Assembly: GCA_949297185.1 (NCBI GenBank)
Contig: CASFRM010000001.1
Location: 19,553-83,552, forward strand
Reading direction: 5' to 3'
DNA length: 64,000 bases
Origin: an uncultured Pseudomonadota bacterium
GTDB taxonomy: Bacteria; Pseudomonadota; Alphaproteobacteria; RF32; CAG-239
Shown here: positions 20,700 through 29,700 of the stretch, piece by piece
Layout of the letters: each line of letters begins with the position of its first letter
Position numbering within the stretch: the stretch's first letter is position 1
Translations under genes and position numbers: made by a program
The notes under the pieces: model-generated
The model's database searches: none
What the model was told of the DNA's origin: nothing
Seen by the model: only the letters and a program-made list of their open reading frames with translations

Positions 20700-21254
20700 T
20701 TAAAAAATGACTTTATCTTTAACATCTCTTAAATTTGCAGCCAAACTATCTTTTTCGCTTATTATAATTTTATCTTTAGGAAGTTTCCAATCAATATTTA
20801 TATCTTTATCGTCATAGCGGATACCAAACTCGGCCGATTTACAATAAAGATTATCACATTTATAAGCAAACACGGCAGTTTCGCTCAAAACCGAAAATCC
20901 ATGCAAAAAACCTCGAGGAATAAAAAATTGTCTTTGATTTTCCTCCGAGAGCTCAACCGATACATATTTCCCAAAAGTCGGAGAGCCTTTTCTGACATCG
21001 ACGGCAACATCAAGAACTTTTCCTTGCAAAACTCTGACGAGTTTGGCCTGAGCATGCTCACCTAACTGACAATGCAATCCTCTAACCACACCATAGCACG
21101 ACTTTGATTGATTATCTTGTACAAAGTCACACATAATACCATTTTTTTCAAATTCGGCCTTGTTATAGCTTTCAAAAAAATAACCTCTGGCATCTGCAAA
21201 CACATTAGGTTCAATAATTACCAGACCGTCAATATTAGTTTTTAGAAAATTCAT
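20700..21254 (-). CDS. rfbC: dTDP-4-dehydrorhamnose 3,5-epimerase
   Basis: DARGYFFESYN, RGLHCQ, FIPRGFLHGF. The start at MNFLKTNIDG (21254) gives 184 aa; the longer track ORF would run far into rfbA. Confidence 0.92.
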   Translation of the reverse strand: MNFLKTNIDGLVIIEPNVFADARGYFFESYNKAEFEKNGIMCDFVQDNQSKSCYGVVRGLHCQLGEHAQAKLVRVLQGKVLDVAVDVRKGSPTFGKYVSVELSEENQRQFFIPRGFLHGFSVLSETAVFAYKCDNLYCKSAEFGIRYDDKDINIDWKLPKDKIIISEKDSLAANLRDVKDKVIF

Positions 21255-22125
21255 ATCTTTCCTCATACACTTTTTGCAAATAAGATTTATAGTTACCGTC
21301 TTTAAGTTCGGCAATTATGGCAAGCATCTGTTCGTCATTAATAAAACCGCGGCGGTATGCTATTTCTTCAATACAAGAAATTTTTAATCCCTGCCTTTTT
21401 TCAATTAATTGGACATAGGTTCCGGCATCCATAAGGCTGTCAGGCGTTCCGGCATCAAGCCACACTGTTCCTCTTCGCATAATACAGGCAGTCAGACGAT
21501 CTTCCGCCAGATACTTCTTATTAATATCGGTTATTTCCAATTCTCCGCGAGCACCGGGTTTCAAATTTCTAGCTTTTTCAACCACATCATTTTTATAGAA
21601 ATATAGTCCGACTGCGGCATAATTAGATTTAGGATTTTCAGGTTTTTCTTCAATAGACAATACCTTATGAGCTTCGGCGTCAATCTCAATAATTCCAAAT
21701 CTTTTGGGGTCGTTAACATAATATCCGAAAACAACAGCTCCCGAGTTGTTTGCAATCTGTTCCTTAAAAGTATGAACTTGAGCTCCCATATAAAAAATAT
21801 TATCACCCAAGATTAAGCAGACATCATCATTTCCGATAAAATCCGCACCGATTGTAAAGGCTTGGGCAATACCTTTGGGCTCGTTTTGGATTGCATAGTT
21901 TATATTAAGTCCGATTTTAGAACCGTTTCCAAACAGAGCTTCAATATTAGGAGTATCTTTCGGGGTAGAAATAATAAGAATATCTTTTATGCCGAACAAC
22001 ATTAAAGTGGACAAAGGATAATAAATCATAGGTTTGTCATAGACCGGCAACAACTGTTTGGACATTGTCTTTGTCAACGGATACAATCTTGTGCCGCTGC
22101 CACCGGCTAAAATTATACCTTTCAT
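21235..22125 (-). CDS. rfbA: Glucose-1-phosphate thymidylyltransferase
   Basis: MKGIILAGGSGTRLYPLT, LGDNIF, and WLDAGT-type motifs; 296 aa. Confidence 0.96.
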   Translation of the reverse strand: MKGIILAGGSGTRLYPLTKTMSKQLLPVYDKPMIYYPLSTLMLFGIKDILIISTPKDTPNIEALFGNGSKIGLNINYAIQNEPKGIAQAFTIGADFIGNDDVCLILGDNIFYMGAQVHTFKEQIANNSGAVVFGYYVNDPKRFGIIEIDAEAHKVLSIEEKPENPKSNYAAVGLYFYKNDVVEKARNLKPGARGELEITDINKKYLAEDRLTACIMRRGTVWLDAGTPDSLMDAGTYVQLIEKRQGLKISCIEEIAYRRGFINDEQMLAIIAELKDGNYKSYLQKVYEERYEFSKN

Positions 22126-22203
22126 CTCGATTCTCCTTAAAATCTTATAACTAATTCACACAGGCTATATTTTAATAAAACATATGTCAATCACAATGTT
22201 CCT

Positions 22204-23157
22204 CTACACCTTAATCTTAAAAGTAAAACCCAATATATTTATATATTTTCTTTTGCGGTCAGTAGAGGTTTCGATAGAAAATATCCGTTTGATGAGCGGG
22301 AGTTTTTCTCTTCCTTTACCGGCAGCTTTTAGTCCGATTTCTTTTTGCAAAGCATCATAAGCCGGAACCATAGCGGCATATTGCCTAAATTCCGGAGTAA
22401 ATTTGTTTTTGCAAGCCGGATTATTGGGCTTTACGCCGGTAAAGTGAACAATTACCGGATTTTCTTCGGCTTTTAGGAATTCTTTTTGATAGCTTTCATC
22501 ATATTGAGAAACATTTTTTCTCCACCAAACATGCATATAGTCATATTTTGGAGACAAACGATATTTAAGCCCGTCACAAGCTTTGTTTAGGGCATCTTGG
22601 TCGTTACTGATTTTGCCGTCTTTCATCACAATATCTTTAAGTTTTGCAAAAAAGTCGCATTTTCTCCAAGCCTTCAGGTTAATCAGCATAACACCGGAAT
22701 TAAAATAAAAGTTATCTTCCAAAGCAATATTTTGAGCTTTTTGTTTCGAGAGCGAAGAGTCTTCAATAACGCCGGCCAGATTATCTCCTAAATCAAGTTC
22801 AAACAACGGATGTAATGAAGCTCTGACGATTGTATCGCAGTCTAAATACAAAACTCTTTCATCATCAGGCAATAAATCAGCCAACAGACAACGAAACCAA
22901 GCCTCCATGGTAACCCAGTTAGGGCAGGGAAAACCATCAAAAATTTTGGTATCGACCTTAAGTGTTTTAAGTGAGTACTGTTTTATAGATTGTAGGTTGT
23001 CAAAGGTTTGCAGATATTTATCTTCTAAATCGGCATACATGATAACAAACTCAATTTCGTCATTTTTGCGAGCATTATTGAGTACCGAGGCCATGGAAAC
23101 CAAGGTGAGTGGGACAAAGTTTTTATCCGGAGCATAAGCAATAGTAATTTTCGACAT
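22204..23157 (-). CDS. Family 8 glycosyltransferase
   Basis: LYLDCDTIV (DxD), YFNSGVMLINL, NDQDALN, IVHFTGVKP. Confidence 0.88.
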   Translation of the reverse strand: MSKITIAYAPDKNFVPLTLVSMASVLNNARKNDEIEFVIMYADLEDKYLQTFDNLQSIKQYSLKTLKVDTKIFDGFPCPNWVTMEAWFRCLLADLLPDDERVLYLDCDTIVRASLHPLFELDLGDNLAGVIEDSSLSKQKAQNIALEDNFYFNSGVMLINLKAWRKCDFFAKLKDIVMKDGKISNDQDALNKACDGLKYRLSPKYDYMHVWWRKNVSQYDESYQKEFLKAEENPVIVHFTGVKPNNPACKNKFTPEFRQYAAMVPAYDALQKEIGLKAAGKGREKLPLIKRIFSIETSTDRKRKYINILGFTFKIKV

Positions 23158-23160
23158 TTT

Positions 23161-24102
23161 TTAATCCTTCAATTTTTCCAATATTTGCGGATAAGCGGCA
23201 ATAACCGCAGCCATTTGTTTGTTGTTTCCGTCTTGTTCAATATTAAGCTTGGTAAGCGTCAGCTCTTCGGTTGTCCGCATTTCGCGTTCAGGGTTAACCA
23301 ATAAAACTTTACGCATGCGTCCCCAAAAAGTTCTAATCTTAACATTATTTAACACACTCATCGCCCAAAACCAGATATCATCGGCATAAGGAGCAAGTTC
23401 TTTGAATTTTTTTACATCGGTTACATCTCGGTATAATGAATGAGGAGGATACAAAACCCCACCGCAACCGGTCAAAAAGTTTCTAAAAGACGGTTTTGTG
23501 AGGGTTGAGTTTTTCTTCCATTGTTTATAGGGCTTAGGATATCCGTTTTTATCCAAAGTTATTTGATGGCAACGATGCCCGATAACGCAGTTAGGAGTTT
23601 TTAGGTGTTGTTTATAAAGTTTTTCCAGCCAATTTTCCGGATAATATATATCATCATCAACGATAACGATAATATCATTGGGGAATTCATGCAGTGCCGG
23701 GATTAACTTTTTATACGAACGCAAATCATTGCACCATTTAATAGTCAGTCCGTTTTTTTGTAAATTAAGCACGGCAGGGGGTAAATCTTGTTCTTTATTG
23801 GGAAATTGTTCTTCTGCCAACCACAAAACCACTTCATCAGGCTTAAAACTCTGGGTTAATAATGAATATAATGTGTAATGAATTTCGTATATTCTTTCAG
23901 GGAAAGAAGTCAGTGAAACAATAACCTTGGTCGGTCTTTTGTCGGCATTGATTCCGATGGCGTCAAAATTGATAATTTTTTGTAAGACTTTATTTCTATC
24001 AATATGCGGCGGCATTTTAGGCTTTTTATTATAGGAAAAAGTATACCCCAAGATGGTAATTTCTCGTAAATTACCTTTTTTGCTGCGTTTATATAATATC
24101 AT
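23161..24102 (-). CDS. Putative glycosyltransferase (unassigned family, DxD motif)
   Basis: VIVSLTSFPERIYEIHYTLYSLLTQSFKPDEVVLWL and IVIVDDDIYYP, a pattern recalled from capsule/LOS locus transferases. ATG 24102 is preferred; the track start at 24111 is GTG. Confidence 0.55.
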   Translation of the reverse strand: MILYKRSKKGNLREITILGYTFSYNKKPKMPPHIDRNKVLQKIINFDAIGINADKRPTKVIVSLTSFPERIYEIHYTLYSLLTQSFKPDEVVLWLAEEQFPNKEQDLPPAVLNLQKNGLTIKWCNDLRSYKKLIPALHEFPNDIIVIVDDDIYYPENWLEKLYKQHLKTPNCVIGHRCHQITLDKNGYPKPYKQWKKNSTLTKPSFRNFLTGCGGVLYPPHSLYRDVTDVKKFKELAPYADDIWFWAMSVLNNVKIRTFWGRMRKVLLVNPEREMRTTEELTLTKLNIEQDGNNKQMAAVIAAYPQILEKLKD

Positions 24103-24176
24103 GAAGAACACCCCGAAGTTAAAACTCTAGACTAGTATTGCCAAATATTTTTCTTAAATCAAGTTTAATATTTAAC

Positions 24177-24206
24177 TTGTAAAATAATATTTGTACTTGT
24201 TATAAT
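24177..24206 (+). promoter_or_regulatory. Candidate sigma70 promoter for the 24231 ORF
   Basis: -35 TTGTAA, 18-nt spacer, -10 TATAAT (24201-24206). GGAGG lies 5 nt before ATG 24231. Confidence 0.4.
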
Positions 24207-24230
24207 CAAGGAGCAAAGAGTGGAGGAATT

Positions 24231-24617
24231 ATGAGTGGATTTGAAAATAAAAAATCGATTTTAAACAAGTTGAAAAGCATCGTCGCCAAGACCAAAAGGC
24301 GCTTTTCTTGGCATGGCAAGGTTAAAGACGAAAATGTATCGGCCTTTGCCGCCGCCGATATTCAAGACGAAGCTTATCGCCATATCAAAAATCTTCGCCA
24401 CAATACATATACTCCGCCTTATTTGGAGCTTGCAGCTCAGCTTTTAGCCGATGAAGAGCAGATATTTAAGGCCGCGGCCAATCATTTAACTCTGATAGCC
24501 AAATCGCGTAAAAGATATGCTCCACAGATAAGAGAGGTATTTAACGAGGTTATTGCCGGTCGCAAATTATCCGCCGAAAAGTTGGAATATATTTCACGCA
24601 AGCTCGAAGAAATTTAA
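24231..24617 (+). CDS. Hypothetical protein (128 aa, helical, basic)
   Basis: Good RBS (GGAGG) and promoter-like hexamers. No recognisable motif. The 3' end overlaps the recG stop by 4 nt (convergent). Confidence 0.6.
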   Translation: MSGFENKKSILNKLKSIVAKTKRRFSWHGKVKDENVSAFAAADIQDEAYRHIKNLRHNTYTPPYLELAAQLLADEEQIFKAAANHLTLIAKSRKRYAPQIREVFNEVIAGRKLSAEKLEYISRKLEEI

Positions 24618-26710
24618 GCTTTATAGGTTCTCACACTATCATCTTTTTCAAACAAATAAAGCAAAACCCGCAAGGCCTGTCCGCGAGGAGATTGCAGGTT
24701 GGGATCTTTGTTAAGTACAAGCTTGGCATCTTGATTGGCAATAACCAAAAGATTTTTGTGATATTCCATATCGGCGATTTTAAAATTAGCAAATCCGCTT
24801 TGCTTTGTTCCCAAAATCTCTCCGCCGCCGCGTAATTCCAAATCTTTCTCGGCTATAATGAAACCGTCTTCGGTTTGCTTCATAATATTGAGTCGTTCTC
24901 TGGCCGTTTCACTCAACGGATAAGAGTAAAGCAACAGGCAGGTCGCCGGATTAATGCCGCGTTTGACCCGTCCGCGTAGCTGGTGGAGTTGTGACAGGCC
25001 AAACCTTTCGGCATGCTCAATCACCATAATGGTTGCTTCCGGCACATTAACTCCGACCTCAATTACGGTTGTTGCCACCAAGAGCTTGAGCTCGCCGTTC
25101 TTAAATTTCTCCATCACGGCATCTTTTTCTTTCTCTTTCATTTTTCCGTGAACCAAGCCGACTTTGTCGCCGAAGATTTTTTGCAAATCGGCAAATCTGG
25201 CTTCGGCAGCGGCTAAGTCGGATTTTTCAGATTCCTCAACCAAAGGGCAAACCCAGTAGGCTCGAGTGCCTTCATCTATTTTTCGTTTAAGTGCGGCCAC
25301 GGTTTCGCTGAGTTTTGTAACCGGCAAAACTCTGGTATCAACCGGCTTGCGTCCTTCCGGCAGTTGGTCGATTTTAGAATATTCCATATCTCCGTATGCC
25401 GTCAAAAGCAAAGTTCTGGGAATAGGGGTTGCCGTCATTACCAATACATCGGATTTATTTCCTTTGTTAGAAAGGCTAAGTCTTTGATGAACTCCAAAAC
25501 GGTGTTGTTCATCAACCACGGCCAAGCCCAAATTCTTATATGTAACATCATCTTGGAATAGGGCATGAGTTCCGATAAGTATGTTGATTTTGCCGAGAGA
25601 TAAGTCTTCTAATATTTGTCTGCGTTCTTTGGTCTTGGTTTTTCCGGTAAGGAGTGCGGTTTTAACCCCGATATCTTCACACAGCGGTGCAATGGTTTCA
25701 AAATGTTGCTTGGCTAAAATTTCGGTCGGAGCCATAATCGCGGCCTGCATACCGGCTTCTATGGTGTTGAGCATGGCAAACAAGGCAACGATGGTTTTGC
25801 CCGATCCGACATCACCTTGTACCAAGCGAAGCATACGGAAAGCATCGGCTTGATCGGTATAAATTTCGGCCAAAACATTTTTTTGCGCATTAGTAAGGGT
25901 AAACGGCAGTTTTTCCAAAAGTTTTTTTCTAAGCAACCCGTTTCCTTTAATCACCAAACCGGCCTGTTTACGCACTCTTTCTCTGACAATGGCTAAGGCA
26001 AGTTGATTGGCCAACAATTCGTCATAAGCCAAGCGGGAAATATGCTTGGAATATGGCTCTAAATCCGATTTGTATTTTGGGTTGTGAGCATGAGTAAGCG
26101 CAGATTTGAAATTATCCCATTCATGTTGTTTTACAAATTTTTCATCTAACCATTCCGGAAGGTTAGGGAGTAAAGCAAGAGCTTGTTCCATGTATTTGTT
26201 GAGCATTTTAGTAGAAATTCCGGCGGTTAGGGGGTATATGGTCTCAAATGAAGGAATTTTATAAGCTTCCGTTTCGGCGGCAATATAATCCGGATGTGTC
26301 ATTTGTAAGCGGCCGTTAAATACCTCAATTTTACCGCTGATTATGCGAGTTGCTCCAAGCGGCAGATTTTTAGCAATTGAATCGGCATAAATCTTAAAAA
26401 ATATCAGAGTGATTTGCTCGGTTCCGTCATCAAGAATAACTTTGTAGGGCTGATTACGTGACTTTGGCGGAACATGTTCAACCACCGTGGCTTTAATGGT
26501 GCAAATTCTTCCCGGAACGGCGTCTTTGAGTTTTGGACGATAAGAACGATCAACCACATTGCTGGGTAGGTGTAATAAGAGGTCGATTATTTTATTACCG
26601 CCCAAAAGGTTGTTTAAAAGTTTTACGGTTTTTGTTCCTATTCCCTTAAGAGAAGATATTTCGGCAAAAACAGGATACAGTATTTCCGGACGCATTAAAG
26701 AGATTCCCAA
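24614..26710 (-). CDS. recG: ATP-dependent DNA helicase RecG
   Basis: QGDVGSGKT Walker A, VVDEQHRFG, MTATPIPRT, QLRGRVKRG. The true start may be MRPEILYP (26695). Confidence 0.96.
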   Translation of the reverse strand: MGISLMRPEILYPVFAEISSLKGIGTKTVKLLNNLLGGNKIIDLLLHLPSNVVDRSYRPKLKDAVPGRICTIKATVVEHVPPKSRNQPYKVILDDGTEQITLIFFKIYADSIAKNLPLGATRIISGKIEVFNGRLQMTHPDYIAAETEAYKIPSFETIYPLTAGISTKMLNKYMEQALALLPNLPEWLDEKFVKQHEWDNFKSALTHAHNPKYKSDLEPYSKHISRLAYDELLANQLALAIVRERVRKQAGLVIKGNGLLRKKLLEKLPFTLTNAQKNVLAEIYTDQADAFRMLRLVQGDVGSGKTIVALFAMLNTIEAGMQAAIMAPTEILAKQHFETIAPLCEDIGVKTALLTGKTKTKERRQILEDLSLGKINILIGTHALFQDDVTYKNLGLAVVDEQHRFGVHQRLSLSNKGNKSDVLVMTATPIPRTLLLTAYGDMEYSKIDQLPEGRKPVDTRVLPVTKLSETVAALKRKIDEGTRAYWVCPLVEESEKSDLAAAEARFADLQKIFGDKVGLVHGKMKEKEKDAVMEKFKNGELKLLVATTVIEVGVNVPEATIMVIEHAERFGLSQLHQLRGRVKRGINPATCLLLYSYPLSETARERLNIMKQTEDGFIIAEKDLELRGGGEILGTKQSGFANFKIADMEYHKNLLVIANQDAKLVLNKDPNLQSPRGQALRVLLYLFEKDDSVRTYKA

Positions 26711-26724
26711 TCGTTAAATATGAC

Positions 26725-26752
26725 TTGCATAAACTTTTATGTATTGTATATA
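26725..26752 (+). promoter_or_regulatory. Candidate sigma70 promoter for mfd
   Basis: -35 TTGCAT, 16-nt spacer, -10 TATATA. It shares the 14-mer TTGCATAAACTTTT with the queH promoter candidate at 59714. Confidence 0.45.
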
Positions 26753-26791
26753 TAAACTAAAAGCAAGTAAACAATAAAGAAACTAAAAAAT

Positions 26792-29700
26792 ATGAAATAC
26801 GACATTTTGCGCTTTCAAGACACGACATTTTCTTCAGTAGCCAAGGGATTTGAGGCCTTTTTACTCGAAAATTTTGCCCTCAATTCTTCAACAGATATCA
26901 TCTATATAGCTCCCGACGGTGTTGAATTATCCAATGTTGCGTCAATTCTTGAGTATTTACGCCCCGAATTTAAGGTTTTGCGGTTTCCGGCATGGGATAC
27001 TGTTCCATATGACCGTGTTTCTCCCAGCTCCGCGATAATATCCCAAAGAATTGACTGCTTGTCTGATCTGGCCCAAAATCCTCAGGCCAAACAACCGAGA
27101 ATTATAGTAACTTCGGTCGGCGCGGTATTACAAAAGCTGCCGCCACGCAAAATTTTTCTTAACTCAATGCGTGAAGTTTCGGTTGGTGGTAAGTTGAATT
27201 TTGATGATTTTCTTCATTATGCTTCTATCAATGGCTATAATCGTGTAGCTCAGGTTTATGAGCCCGGAGAATACGCCGTCAGAGGCGATATTATCGATAT
27301 CTTTCCGGTCGGAACCGACGAGCCTTTAAGAATAGACTTGTTTGATGATGAGGTCGAACGCATTCGTAAATTCGATGTTATGAGCCAACGCACCACCGGC
27401 GAACTAAAATCTTATCAGTTCAAAATAATGAGCGAGGTTGTGCTTGACGTCAACACCATAAAGACCTTCCGCTCCAAATATCGCGAGGCTTTCGGAGCCG
27501 ATTTTAACGGCGATGAGATATATGAGGCAGTTTCAAACGGCAGAAAATATATCGGTGTTGAAAACTGGCTGCCGTTTTTCTACGAAGACGCACTGCCGAC
27601 TTTGTTTGATTACCTGCCGCAAGCAGGGATTGTGGTTTCCGATAAAGTTGAAGATGCGGCACTATCTAAGGCCGACAGCATTGCCGACTATTATCAGGCC
27701 AGATTAGAGGCCTTGAGTATAAAATCGGCTGCCGAAGAGGAATGTTATCGCCCGATAAAGCCGGAACTGTTGTATCTCAGTGAAAAAGAATTTGCAAAAA
27801 TAATAAAAGAAAAACATTGTATTACGCTAACATCTTTAAGTATTCCTCAAACTAACGATGTTATTAATTGTCAAGTTTTGCCGGTTCGCAATTTCTCTTC
27901 TGCCAAAAATATCGCCGCCGGAGAGGTTTATGTCGAACTCAAAAATTATTTGAGTGAAAACAAAAAGTTAAAACGCATTATTGCCTGTTATTCTGCCGGC
28001 AGTCGCGAACGCATATTTTCGTTGATGAACGAATTTGAAATACCGGATTTGACCTTTACCGAAAACTGGGCCGAAGCCCTGCAAAAATCCAAAGACAAGG
28101 TCGTATTGACCGTAATGCCTTTGGAACACGGCTTTAAGGGCGAGGGATATTGTCTGATTTCCGAGCAGGATATTTTAGGCGAAAAGCAAAACCGCCGCAA
28201 ACAAAAGAAATTCACTTCCAAAGACTTTATTGCCGATGTTTCATCGCTCAATGTCGGCGAGTTGGTGGTTCATATAGAACATGGTATCGGTAGATTCATG
28301 GGGCTTGAAAATATCACCGCCGGCGGAGCTCCGCATGATTGCCTTAAAATAATGTATGCCAATGATGCCAAGCTTTTTGTTCCGGTAGAAAATATTGATG
28401 TATTGTCACGTTACGGTGTTGATGACGATAATATCGAGCTTGATTCTTTGGGCGGAGCGGCTTGGGCGGCCAAAAAAGCCAAAGTTAAGGCCAAAATTCG
28501 TGATATAGCCGAAAAATTAATTAAAATTGCCGCCGAAAGACACCTTAAAAAAGCCGATTGCTTTACTCCGCCGCAAGGAATGTTTGACGATTTTTGTGCC
28601 AGATTTCCATATAATGAAACCGATGACCAGCTAAATGCCATTTCCGATGTTTTGGCCGATTTGAATGCTGCTATTCCTATGGACCGATTAGTTTGCGGTG
28701 ATGTCGGCTTTGGCAAGACCGAAGTTGCTTTGCGGGCGGCTTTTGCCGTTGCGGCTTCCGGAGCTCAAGTCGCGGTAATTGTGCCAACAACCTTATTAGC
28801 CCGTCAACACTATCAAAATTTTAAGTCTCGTTTAGAAGGTTTTCCGATTAAGGTCAAAATGCTTTCGCGTCTGGTAACACCTAAAGAAGCTCGTGAAACC
28901 AAGCAAGGACTTAAAGATGGAGCCGTAGAAATCGTTGTCGGTACTCACGCTCTGTTATCTGAGAAAATCGAGTTTTGCAATTTGGGCTTGTTGATTATTG
29001 ATGAAGAGCAGCATTTTGGCGTAGCTCACAAAGAAAAGCTAAAACAAATCAAGTCCGATGTCCATGTCTTAACCTTGACTGCTACTCCGATACCGAGAAC
29101 CCTGCAATTATCCCTAACCGGAGTAAAGAGTTTGAGCGTTATAGCCACCCCTCCGGTTGACCGCTTGGCTGCTCGTTCATTTGTCATGCCGTTTGACAAG
29201 GTTATGATAAAAGAAGCGGTTTATCGTGAAAAATATCGTGGCGGGCAGACTTTCTTTGTTTGTCCTCGTGTTTCTGATATTCACGAGGTTGAAAAAGAAT
29301 TGCACGATTTATTGCCCGATATCAAGATATTGGTAGCCCATGGACAAATGCCGGTTAAGCAGTTGGAAGAGGTAATGAATGAGTTTGCCGACGGGCAGGC
29401 CGATATGCTGCTTTCAACCACCATAATTGAATCCGGCATTGATATGCCCAGAGTAAACACCATGATTGTTTACCGCGCCGATATGTTTGGTTTGGCACAA
29501 TTATACCAGCTCAAAGGCAGAATAGGGCGTAGCAAGGTTCGCGGTTATGCTTATTTTACGGTTCCGCCCAAACGCAAGCTCAAACCGATAGCCGAACGCC
29601 GCTTGAGCATATTGCAAGCTATGGATAGCTTAGGAGCCGGATTTTCTTTGGCCAGCCATGATATGGATATCAGAGGAGCCGGCAATATTTTGGGCGAAGA

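Noticed and set aside
2900-24230. Glycan locus as a tRNA-Val-integrated genomic island with att repeats
   Set aside because: There is no integrase, no transposase, and no copy of the tRNA 3' end at the distal boundary (24112-24230). Foreign origin is suggested only by composition, so no mobile_element feature was called.
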